Assembly: GCA_049999805.1 (NCBI GenBank)
Contig: JBNGIO010006345.1
Span: 1-64,000 of the forward strand
DNA length: 64,000 bases
Source of the DNA: Folioceros fuciformis
Taxonomy: Eukaryota
Direction of reading: 5' to 3'
This document shows positions 39,632 through 50,531 of this stretch, piece by piece. A model generated the notes under the pieces. It worked only from the letters and a program-made list of their open reading frames with translations, ran no database searches and had not been told where the DNA came from. Numbering within the stretch: the first letter of the stretch is position 1; every line of letters begins with the position of its first letter. A program made the translations under genes and the position numbers.

Positions 39632-41336
39632 CAGTGGGCTCATTTTGCACACAAGTCTCACGAGCCCGCAAATGCCAGCCATGGATGGCAGTTTCTCCAT
39701 TACTTGATTTGTAAGTGTGAGGTCATGTGGTGGCAGTAGGCTTGAGTAGCGTAGATGCTCAGCTAAGTAACTAACCAAATCCTTCCTGGGTCTTTCAGGC
39801 CTTTCCAGTATCGGAGGAAACTCGTCAGAATAGCCGTCATCGTTGAGGTGAACAAACAAGTATGTGCTACCAACATGGTATCTACATTTGTGACAAGCAA
39901 GGTTTGCCCGCAAATGCCTTTCACTTTGTTACGATGCAACTGCTCCAGTGAAGAGCACGACTAGCAAGCTCATCACTATGCCAAGTGACAGCCCACGTCA
40001 TCGGTTTACTCTTCTGGACAACCGAGGAAGAGTCAGCACCTGCTCCAGCACTCGGACGAGGAGGGAACACATGAGACTGATGGCAAGGGGACTCCATCTC
40101 TGTAATCAGCCCTGGGTAATCCGACAAGACTTGATCAACCATTGCAATGTTACTGACACTGACAACCTTCTTGGTTTAGTTGTTGCGAATGTTCCACTCA
40201 GTCATGGGAAGTACATCTGTCCATCTTAAAAAGCGCGGAACCACCAGCTATCTCGAGGACCAAGAGAATCAATCCTTCTCTCATCAGTTGTTGTAGTCTC
40301 AGTGACTGCATTTCTTGCAGACTCCCACTGGGCTTGCTGATGACTTGTAGGGATATTCTCTTTGTGTTCTTTGAGCTCGCATCTTCCTGCCAAACATTAC
40401 AAGGCCTAGGTAGTTTCCAACGACCCTTTCTTTGACCTGGTCCAGTCGGCCATCCCGTCTAAACATGCAATCACAAACTGTCCGAAACAGGTCCGGGAAA
40501 CCAGAATGGTTCCTGGGTGAGAGTGTTGCCCATGCCCAATTATTCCATATTTTGTTCTAAAATTCCATTTCTGGATTCTTGGAGTAATACTCTGCAATGA
40601 CAGAGGAACCCAGACAAATAAATACTATCCATGGAATAGTTTACCTTTTTTGTTTTTCCAAAAAACTTTAATTAATATTTTAATTATCTAATTTCATAAA
40701 TACACTAAGTTTGACAATTACCTGATAGAAAACATGTTAAAGACATGTAGAAAATCTATTTAACACAAATAACTTAATAATACAATGGTGTATGCTTAAC
40801 ATAAAAATGATACAAGTTTATGAATTAAAAATAATATATTGTGGATCAATTTGTTATGAAGACTTATCCATCTTAGATCTCTTCTAAGTGGAGATCATAA
40901 TAGATGAAAATTTGAATATAGAAAATTTAATTTAAAATATATACTTTGATATTTTACTCTGCATGNNNNNNNNNNNNNNNNNNNNNNNNNNNNNNNNNNN
41001 NNNNNNNNNNNNNNNNNNNNNNNNNNNNNNNNNNNNNNNNNNNNNNNNNNNNNNNNNNNNNNNNNTTCAAATTCAAAAATATTATTAATTTGGAATATAT
41101 AAGTTTTTAAAATAAAATAATATTATAAATTTGGAAGCATTAAATTTTAAAAATATTATCCATTTGGATATATAAGTTCTCAACAAAGATTTGAACAACT
41201 GCAAGGGAAGCATTCAAGTTCAAGGTTATAAGAATTGTCTCGAATTTAGTTGAAAATCAAATTAAAAAATTTCACTTGAATTATTTTGCACAACAGAACT
41301 CTTCACCATAAACAAAAGTCTAGCCAGCTTGCAATC

Positions 41337-42603
41337 ATGAAAATCGTGACGACGTTTTTTATTTTCATTTTATTTGTAAGTTACACGAACATCGTGCTTG
41401 ATATAAGCCTTGTGTTTTGCATTGCATGAAATGTATAAACTCATGATCCTGAATTTGTAGGTTCAATTAGGAGTTGCAAGAAGAGATCTCTCCTTTTCGA
41501 AGAGCAATTCAAGTTCTCAAGAAGGAGGATTGAAATCGGGATCGGTACATCCAAGGATTCAAAATATGAAGGCCTTAGATTATTGGAACAAAGTGTTGGA
41601 AGACCTTATTATGCCGTCAGTCTTGAAGGATAAAATATCACCACTTTCCACTCGTGAGGTGGTTGAGTATTCCGACAAGATTAAAAAACACTTGCTGTTC
41701 TATGACCACAAACTTAGCAGCTCTTTCTGCGCGGCTGCAAATTTGTTGTGCCAAAGTTTGGATGATGGGCAAATGGAGATTATTGCCCTTGGTCTTTTCA
41801 ACGTATTTTATTATAGAGAATATATCGGCATAGCTTCTACTCCAGCAATGCCGAACTCTAGGTTCATGGATTTAGAAAAGTTTTCATGGTTTTATGAAAA
41901 AGACATGTTTTCGAATGTGAGGAAGAATATGAGGTACCCGAAAACGTTGTTCAACTTGGAAGGAAAGGGAATTGGAAGGTCGTTTCTTCCTCGAACTCTT
42001 GTGGGTGCATTGGGGAACTTGACTACAAGTAGTACTGCCTCGGTTATCGAAGCCTTTGGTATCTCAAGTACCTCGAGTTTGGCGAAGCTCATGTACCAAA
42101 CAAGTGTGGTTTGTGAGGAAGAGGGAGTCAGAGGAGAGATCAAATTTTGCGTTCAATCTATTGAAGATATGGCAGATCTTGTCAAACAAAGGTTGCATTT
42201 AGAGGGAAAGTATGAATATGTAGAAGTGTTGAATGGGATGTCGAGACCAAAACCTCTTCCGAAATCATACAACAATGAAGATTGGAAAATAATGAGAGTG
42301 GAAGCTAAGGGCGATGTTAAATCAAATTACATATCATGTCATTCTGCTACATTTTTATATCAAGTTTATGTATGTCATTACATTCCTAAAACGAAAATTT
42401 TCTCCGTTTCTCTAGAATCGATTCCATTAAGGCATAACAGATTGGATGTCGTGGTTTTGTGTCACACGGATACCCGGATGTGGGATCCGAATCATGTTGC
42501 TTTCAAAGTTTTGGGAGGTAAACCGGGAACCACCAGTGTTTGTCATTGGTCGAATTACGATGCTTTGGTGTTTGTTAAGCATAGTTATGTTAAAAAAGTG
42601 TAA
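41337..42603 (+). CDS. Secreted BURP-domain protein; exons 41337-41375, 41461-42603
   Basis: Signal peptide MKIVTTFFIFILF|VQLGVA; four CH dyads (SCHS, VCHY, LCHTDT, VCHW) and WDPNHVAFKVLGGKPG. Confidence 0.92.
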
Positions 42604-43011
42604 GAATATACTTTCAATGCAATCTGCGATTTTAAATATGCAAAATACTGCTTGCTTCGTGACAACTAAGATCGTGGGCAGATTACGTAGCTTACTAACC
42701 ACAGTACTAACCCACACTTGTGTTTGCTTGATGACGAGCGGAGCTGGGCCAGACAGAGCCAGCTCCTCCCAGTCCTTCCTGGGAAGACGAGGTGAGACAA
42801 CATGACGGACTGAAGCGGAGCCAGGAAATTGATACAGGACGACTCACAGCTGCCCCGGAGGAATGGTAGGCTCCGTTGACGCCTGAAGGCCAGGCCAATG
42901 GCAGTATCCTAATATTCCGGATTGGCAGGTGGTAATTTCAGAATGCATTGGCACAGGTTTTGAGAATTTGGCTGAAGGGGCCACGACCAACCAACCACTC
43001 ACTGCGTTGTG

Positions 43012-45549
43012 TCAGTGACGATCCCCGCATGAACAAGACCCGTCCAGAAAATGGTGTACTTGATGGGCATCTCGGACAATTATCTCCCGATTCTCCAGTC
43101 GTGACATGATCTTGGTGCTACTGTGGCAATCGTTGCACATGCGAAGATTCTTTGTAACCAGTAACGTTGTGCCATCTGGAGTGTTCATCAAACCGTATGC
43201 CAAGGCCAGTTTCTCTGCGTGCCCACACAAGGCGTCCTGCTTCTCCTGTTCAGACACTGCTTTTAGCACCAACTGAGTGTTGGGCACATGGCCTCCTTCA
43301 TCCTTCAACTTCGCACTCATGCTCTGCAGTTTCGACGATATGTCGGACCTCTCTTCTCCTACTCTGAACTCGTGCACCGTACTGTCGATTTCGATGCAAG
43401 CCTTTGCAGGTTTTTTCCAAGCACCTGAACTCTTTCTCAAGCTCTCGATGTCCTCCACGTCCTTCCATCTGCCAGCCTTGGCATATATGTGTGCCAGGAG
43501 GACATATGGGCTCGCATTCTCTGGTTCCCGAGCTGAAAGCTGGTCGAAGCATCGCCTTCCACGCTCAAGGTCACCATGGATCCTGCAGGCGCTCAGCAAG
43601 GCCTTCCAGCCCACGGTATCATTTTCGAAACGCATACTTTTCAGCATGTCTTCAGCTTCGTCCAGTAGGCCAGCCCGCCCAAGGAGATCAACCATGCAAG
43701 TATGGTGGTAGTCACTCGGCACAATGCCATGGACCTCCTGCATCATATTGAAGTACCGTTGACCTTCATCCACCAGACCTGCATGACTGCATGCCACAAG
43801 AAGGCAACTGTAAGAAGTCCCATCCGGCTTGACCCCCTGCTGGAGCATCTCGCTGAAACATTGCATGGCCATCCTAGAATCACCGTGCTCTGCATAGCCA
43901 TTGAGCAAAGCATTCCATGTCACCACGTCTTTCGTGTGCAGTCTTTCAAACAGCTGGCGAGCCACTTCCAAGCTCCCGCATTTCGCATACATATCCACAA
44001 GGCTGCTGCCAACGGACGCATTGGATTCTAGGCCCTTCTCACGAATCTGTGCGTGAAGCTGCTTCCCCTGATGTAGGGCTCCCACAATAGCACACGCTTT
44101 CAGGAGACACACCAACGTGACAGTATCAGCTGGGGACATGCCCTGACGTTGCATACTAGCATAGAGAGCAAGGGATTCTCGACCCTGCCCCTGTTGGGTA
44201 TAGCCTGTGATCATAGAGTTCCATGTGACAACATCTTTATTGGGCAGTGCGTCGAATACACTGCGAGCATCCTCTAAGCTCCCGCATTTTGCATACATAT
44301 CTACCAAGCAGTTGCCAACAAGTATATTGGCTTCCAATCCTCCTCGCCGGATCTGTGCATGCACATGCTTCCCCTGATCCAGATCTCCCACGCTACCACA
44401 TGCTTTCAGGAGGCACACAAAGGTAACAGGATCTGCTACATGGATGCCTTTCTGCTGCATGGCTGCATATAGAGCCAGAGCATCTCGCCCATGCCCTTGC
44501 TTCGTAAATCCTGCAATCATAGCATTCCACGTCACCACATCCTTTCTCGGCAAGCTGTTGAACACTCTGCGGGCGTCTTCTAAGCTCCCGCATTTGGCAT
44601 ACATGCTCACGAGGCTGTTGCCAACAAAAACATTGCCCCTGACAGAGCTTGTCAGAAGGTCAGCATGGACCTCCTTGCCCGCAACCAGGTCCTCTGCTGT
44701 GGCACATGCCTTGAGGACTGCCACAAATATATGGTTGTCTGGCTTCACACCTGAATCTCGCATCCGCCTGTACAGGCTTATAGCTTCCACGGCCTCCCCA
44801 TGTCGAGCATGCTCCAAGATCACCGTAGCCCACAGATGGGCGTCTGGTGCAGTTACCTTGCTGAACACCTGCACTGCGTCCTCCAACATCCCATGCCCGG
44901 CATACATGCGCACGACATGGGTGGCCAGGAATGCGTTCGACTCCAAGCCGCATACAACCGCAGCAGCATGCACGCGCTGGCCCAAAATGAGATTCTCTTC
45001 TGCCATGCATCTCTTCAAAACACGATACAGGAGAGACTCGCCAACATGACATCCTTCCTGCACTAGAAGTTCCAAGGCGTCGACAACCTCTCCCAGCTCG
45101 CCTTCGTCACAACGCCTTCTCAGGCTCTCAATCACCGAGTCCTCCTTTTCCCACCTGGCCAGCTGCGAACCCACCCAATCCGGCTTGTGTGGTGCACTGA
45201 GCCACAGGCCCTCCTTGGATGTCTTGTGCCTGAAGTCAGGATGGCGAGGGCTTTTCTTATCCCCCCGGTTGTCCCACCACTGCGTAGGATCCTGGAAGAA
45301 ATACCGCCACAACAGCTCCTGTCGCTCCTTCTTCTGCGTAATTCCTTCTGAGCTGTATGTCTCAAGGTATGTCCCTCTAGCAGAAGTGTTAATGCTACAC
45401 CCTAGCTTCACTGACAACGTGCCGAAGGCGTGAGAAAGCTCTGGCCTCGGTCTGCCACGCAAACGAGAGTCGGCAGGAGCTGCATTTGGCAGCCGGAGCA
45501 GCCATGGCATCGCCATATCCATGACACAAGCCTGTTCCAACCAAATCAT
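43012..45549 (-). CDS. PLS-PPR DYW:KP protein (DRH terminus) with an N-terminal OSB-type PDF motif; intronless
   Basis: WRYFFQDPTQWWDNRGDKKSPRHPDFRHKTSKEGLWL...PDWV, then PLS triplets, WKKPAKACIE, HAEKLA, CNDCH, CSCGDRH. Confidence 0.95.
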   Translation of the reverse strand: MIWLEQACVMDMAMPWLLRLPNAAPADSRLRGRPRPELSHAFGTLSVKLGCSINTSARGTYLETYSSEGITQKKERQELLWRYFFQDPTQWWDNRGDKKSPRHPDFRHKTSKEGLWLSAPHKPDWVGSQLARWEKEDSVIESLRRRCDEGELGEVVDALELLVQEGCHVGESLLYRVLKRCMAEENLILGQRVHAAAVVCGLESNAFLATHVVRMYAGHGMLEDAVQVFSKVTAPDAHLWATVILEHARHGEAVEAISLYRRMRDSGVKPDNHIFVAVLKACATAEDLVAGKEVHADLLTSSVRGNVFVGNSLVSMYAKCGSLEDARRVFNSLPRKDVVTWNAMIAGFTKQGHGRDALALYAAMQQKGIHVADPVTFVCLLKACGSVGDLDQGKHVHAQIRRGGLEANILVGNCLVDMYAKCGSLEDARSVFDALPNKDVVTWNSMITGYTQQGQGRESLALYASMQRQGMSPADTVTLVCLLKACAIVGALHQGKQLHAQIREKGLESNASVGSSLVDMYAKCGSLEVARQLFERLHTKDVVTWNALLNGYAEHGDSRMAMQCFSEMLQQGVKPDGTSYSCLLVACSHAGLVDEGQRYFNMMQEVHGIVPSDYHHTCMVDLLGRAGLLDEAEDMLKSMRFENDTVGWKALLSACRIHGDLERGRRCFDQLSAREPENASPYVLLAHIYAKAGRWKDVEDIESLRKSSGAWKKPAKACIEIDSTVHEFRVGEERSDISSKLQSMSAKLKDEGGHVPNTQLVLKAVSEQEKQDALCGHAEKLALAYGLMNTPDGTTLLVTKNLRMCNDCHSSTKIMSRLENREIIVRDAHQVHHFLDGSCSCGDRH

Positions 45550-46149
45550 CACATGGCATCATCGAACCTACCATTCCTGAATGTCATCCGCAATGTAGAT
45601 ACTCTCTTCCAACGACAAAGTCCTCCAAGATGGACCCGAGCCCTCCAGCGGAACCTTGCCAAAAGGAGCTCAGAGAGAAAGAAACACGACGCGCACAGCG
45701 AACCCACGCTGTGGAATTCTGATCTCGCAGATGCCAGGCGATCGGGGATCCAATATGGCCTCCTAACTTTCACCGTCTCAAAGAAAAATCATCTTCCGGA
45801 CTTCGATAGTACATATTGGATGAGGAACTCAAACGTGTACGCGGGAAGTGAGATCCTGTTTCACATGTTGTCGCGCACCACTGAAACCGCGGCAATGGGC
45901 AATGCTCCTCTAGTACACTTTGACTTCTCATGCACAAGAAGAAGCATCGTTGAGTGCCAGGGCCTGCTTCTAGCAACATCCACCGTGCACACAGGTGCAG
46001 AATTCATCGTCTTCCGCCGACCAGTCACTCTGTATGAATGCATGGCCTTGCATTCTGCGCAGACGGACAAGCCTTGTATACGGACAGGTTGCATTGCACT
46101 GCGGATGGATGAGGGAGCTGGAGCCAGAAGCAAAGGAGCAAGCTGGAGC

Positions 46150-46550
46150 TAGAGCCTCCTCGAAGAATGAGGAACAGAACCTCAAGCAAGACGAGGTCAC
46201 ATACCAAGCCAGGGGAGATACGACGGCGATACCACGTCTGGCCATGGCACTAAGGGACGATGGTTAGAGACAAAAGTGTACGAGAAACACACAAAGACGG
46301 TCCCTTCCTCAGATTTACTGCACTTGATAGAAGTCGGATGAACGACACAGCAGAGAGACTCCTGGAGGAGTCAGCAGCAAAACCTTAAAAGGGAGGCCAC
46401 ATACCAGGCCAAGGCAACTACGGTAACGACACCGACCTAGGCCGGCGATGGCAAGAGAGCTGGTGGAGAGCGGGCAAAATGTGAGGAAAACACAAAACCG
46501 GTCCTTCCCTCAAATTTTTGCACCTGATAGAAGTCCGATACAATCACATC
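46150..46550. repeat. Diverged two-copy tandem duplication with a 200-bp period
   Basis: GAGG(T/C)CACATACCA at 46193 and 46393; TGCAC(T/C)TGATAGAAGTC(G/C)GAT ending at 46339 and 46539. Confidence 0.75.
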
Positions 46551-46894
46551 AACAATCAGCAGCGAAAGAATACATGTGCAGACATCTTCCGTCCGGCTTA
46601 GTAAGCGCATAGCACTAAGTTTTGTTTCAGCCTGAGAGGAAACTGGACATGGAGGACGTTGTGGAATAGCGGTGTCCTGATGGTGCCGGTGCAGTCTATC
46701 CTACGAAGGGTAACAGTCGATGAAGAACAGCCAGCTGCGCGCAACAATCGCAACTCCGCCGGGCCTGCGCAGCATCCGCCTCCCCCCGAGACCGAGCAAC
46801 AACCGTGAACCCCGTCCGCCAGGCCAGTACACACGATGACGCCTCCCGTGCTGCCGCTCACCGCAGCGCACAGAATGCTTGGTTTGACTTGGCT

Positions 46895-47215
46895 TCACTT
46901 CTTGAGGCTGCCGCGCACACCGGGCTTGGGCTTGTTGGCTAGGTCGGAGCCGGAGACCGAGCCGTGCAGATTGAGCAGCTTGTCCTCCTCGAAGGGGAGT
47001 TTAGGGTGCCTGGCCTCGTGGTGGATGAGCATGCTCTTGGAGTCCGGCGCCGTGGCCTTGCAGATAGGGCAGGCGAGCTTGGCGTGCCCTCCCTTGTCCG
47101 CGCCCTTGCGATCCTCCACTCCCGCTTTCCCCCCGCCACGGTTGGTGGTGGCAGCGTCCACTTTCGCCGCAATTTCCTTTGCCGTGTGCTTCTTGGGCTT
47201 GGCCTTGCCTGTCAT
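46895..47215 (-). CDS. MBS1: METHYLENE BLUE SENSITIVITY small C2H2 zinc-finger protein
   Basis: MTGKAKPKKHTAKEI...NRGGGKAG...GGHAK.ACPICK...IHHEARHP...KPKPGVRGSLKK* matches the family end to end. Confidence 0.95.
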   Translation of the reverse strand: MTGKAKPKKHTAKEIAAKVDAATTNRGGGKAGVEDRKGADKGGHAKLACPICKATAPDSKSMLIHHEARHPKLPFEEDKLLNLHGSVSGSDLANKPKPGVRGSLKK

Positions 47216-48138
47216 GGTGCCGGCAGCAAGTGACACACGCTGGAATGGGGTTTGCAGCAAGGGCAGCGGGACCGATGACGATGGCGGCGCGTCTACAGCC
47301 TCGAGAGAGCTTGCCAAGCAATGTGCGCCCTCTCGACTCCACCACGGCGGCCGCGCCGGCCCAGTTATAGAGCGCCACCACCAAGCAGAGGCCCAGCCGG
47401 GGGACCAACGACTGATGAGACCCCACGCTCCAACAACTCCAAAATTTATAACAAAAACCCCTCCTACTTCGCCTACCTATCCAGCTGCTACTGTATGTCG
47501 GCACCGTCCCACATTTAGCAAACCTTTCTTGTTAAAGCCATCCCGGCCAATTTGTTTCGGGCCTTTGGCTCTCTTGGTTGTTCGTCCGTCCGGGGATTCT
47601 CTGTTGGAGTTAGATAAAAAAACTTTATCTCTTTTTTAACAATATATATATATATATATTTCATTTAATTTTATTTCCAATAAAGAATCATCATCCTTCC
47701 TTCCTTTCCGCCAGGCTCATTCCGTCCGTTCCGTTGCGACGGTTGGCCCCAGTTGTGCCATTTGGAGCGGCTCCACGGCGGTCGCTCCCGCGCTCACGCA
47801 GGGGCGGTTGAATCGTGAAGGGGGCATGCGTGCGTCGTCCCCGTGCCAGGCTTTGTGGGACACCAGTGTCGTTGCGATTTGTGCGCTTCGGTTAATTTTT
47901 TTTTCGTATGTTGGGCGTGCGCACGGATTTCTACCTTGGTTGTTGGACAGGTTCCTTCGACCGGCTGGCTCGCAATGTAGCACAAGCTTTGATCGTTGCA
48001 ACATGGCCTAAGCCTTCAATTTCACGAGCAAGGCACTCGCTCTCGAGAAGAGTGCCGTCTCCGGTGCATGGCCAACTGATAGCGAAAGAAATTGAGCCGC
48101 AAACTTATTAACTTGGCAGGCAGTGAGCGTGCTGTACA

Positions 48139-50531
48139 ATGGCTGCCGATCCGGCAGCTTGTGAGCCGTCTGGTCGTACAGTGAAACCTAGACTGCCTGA
48201 TCAGTTCTTTCATCTGCCGACTAAGGCACGCCTCAAGGCAGCGAGGCAGGTGATTCTAATCACTCGCTCAGGTGCTTGCGAGTTTTCTTGTTTGTCTTGC
48301 AACCAGGTCTGCATTTTCTTGTCCTACAATAGCACAAAAGGTTGGGCGAGGCAAGTGTACTGACGTTAGAAGGTGTTCTCGTTTGTTTCTCTAGTACCTT
48401 AAGTCATTTGAGTACAAGCAAACACCGGAGACGCACTTCAACAGCCACAAGCTGCGGCCATTGTCTCGCATTATGGACACAGCAAGAATGGTAAGCCAGT
48501 TTACATCCCTGTTGTCGTAACCGAGAGCTCTTGGTTTTTTTTTTTTGCTTAAGCTGTTACTTGAAAATGCTTCCTTTTTCTGCAGATTGTCTACAGCCCG
48601 CAGCCTATCAAGTGCGTCGAGGCCGTCTTTTTGGCGCTCTACCTCACAGTAAGTAGTGAATGTTCAGCCAAATTCAACTGTGAAAATCTTGTATTCAGAA
48701 AGAACGCCTCAAGTGTTGCTCCTGTCTCCCATAGTCTGCTGACTTCATCTTGCCAAAACCGAATGACTGACGTCTTTCTTTTGCTCTTCGAGATACAGAG
48801 ACATCACTGCACACATTGCAAGCTGGAACTTGCATCCACCTAATGAGCTTCCCCTGGGACGTTGCAGGCTGGGCTGACTGATGTTGACAGGATTCCTTTG
48901 TCGTTCAAGACGGAATGTGAAGGACAGGTATCTCACGCTTTTCCCTTCACCTTGGTAATTTTTCCTGTGTAGGGTGGACAAAACGTGGTCATTGACACGG
49001 TTTGAGGGCTCCTACTATTGAGCAGGTGCATCAGCACATTGTTCTCGTGTTGCGGCACGGTGGCAAGTATGGTGCTCTAGGGATCAGTCGCCGTCCTGAT
49101 CTGATGGACAAAGATTTGACTTTTGACAGGTGAGAATGGACGATAATTGATGGGATTATAGCTGGTGGTAAAGTCTTTACGACCCTTACTTGACACCCAG
49201 ATAGCCATTCAAGATCCTCATGTCGAGCACTACCATGTCAAGGTATTAGATGGAAAGGCATCATAGTGAGTGCCCACCCCATGAGCATTAAAGATGTTCA
49301 TCTGTTTCCTTGTGTGTGTTCAGTGCGGTGTGACACTTGCACACAGTTTCCGTTGCACTTTTGTGAATTGTCTCAAGTGCTACAAGGATGGTGCTCCCCT
49401 TCTGGTTGCAAGGAGGGTTGTACACTGTGTCCTGAGCTCGTTATTGGCGCGCGTGTGTGCAGCATGTCAAGCCTTATCAGGAACTATATCGAAGCCTATG
49501 CACAGTCTTCGCACAGTGTGCTGAAGGTTCGAGTTGGACTCCCAGTAAGTATCTACATTGAACAGTTAGCTGGTGGTCGTGCAGACTTCAGAGACGCAAA
49601 TAGTAAAGTTATCCTGGGCAGTTAAACATGTTTTGGAAGATGATGTCTGGATGGGCATTTTGTGGCAAGATTTGGACGACTCGTCTATGACTGACACCTT
49701 GCTTTGTTGTACCTAAAAGGTGGAGCATGACCTTCTATCACGAAACCATGTTTGTTGGCGCTCCATTTGCATTAACGTTGCTTGGATGTCTTGGGAGGAG
49801 GTGAGATCAGAAGTTGGCGATTAATTTTGCTGAAATGTGAGGATTCCAGTAGCTGACACGTTCTTGTGTCTTACTTTTGTGTGTGTTTAAAAGTGCTGTG
49901 AGGCATTGGTGAAGCATGAGCTGCAAGCGAAGCGTCTTTGGGACAAGTGAGACCTACTTTTTGATTCTGCATCAGTCCCACCTTATTGCATCATTCTGTT
50001 ACGTCAGATGGAAGTGACCATCGACTTACCTTTCTGCCCGCGTGACCTTGCTATAGGTGGTTGTTGGAAGGCAAAGGAGGCGATCCAAAAAGGATAATCA
50101 AAGCCAAAAAAGCACCTCTGGATACCAATGCGCAGATGCTGAAGAGAAAGACCACGGTGCCTGACTTCCTGGATACAGCATTGAGGCTGGCTTGTTCTGA
50201 GCATTCTCCCAGACTGAGACTTCAGAGCCCAGCTTTGGAGCCTTTCCAGGACAACACAGCAGAAAACTCGGATGGAGATATGAATGTGGTTGACAGTGAC
50301 CAGCCGCAGGTAACATTCACAGAAATCAGGTCAGCACCCACGTTAACGACATTCAGGTTTGGCGTGAAAAGCAGGAGAATAATTAGCTCAGGCTGCAGGA
50401 TGCCCCTCATCATGGCAGCAAAACCCATCAAATTCCATTTCAGGAAGCCTCCTTGCAGTATGGGATTGCTTGAGGGGAGGCCTATTCGAAGGGTTAGGCA
50501 ATTTGGCTACAGAGTCCCGTATCTTGGGTGA
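48139..50531 (+). CDS. Vasohibin-family tubulinyl-Tyr carboxypeptidase; 9 exons: 48139-48249, 48395-48490, 48586-48648, 48868-48927, 49026-49129, 49463-49544, 49720-49800, ~49894-49946, ~50057-50531
   Basis: Manual splicing gives RPLSRIMDTARM-IVYSPQPIKCVEAVFLALYLT-AGLTDVDRIPLSFKT...HQHIVL...KYGALGISRRPDLMDK...VLKVRVGLP-VEHD. All junctions are GT-AG and in frame. Confidence 0.88.

Noticed and set aside
45430-46152. 240-aa plus-strand ORF
   Set aside because: Non-ATG start, overlaps the PPR 5' end antisense, and no family features.
46836-47639. 267-aa plus-strand ORF
   Set aside because: Antisense to MBS1 and its promoter.
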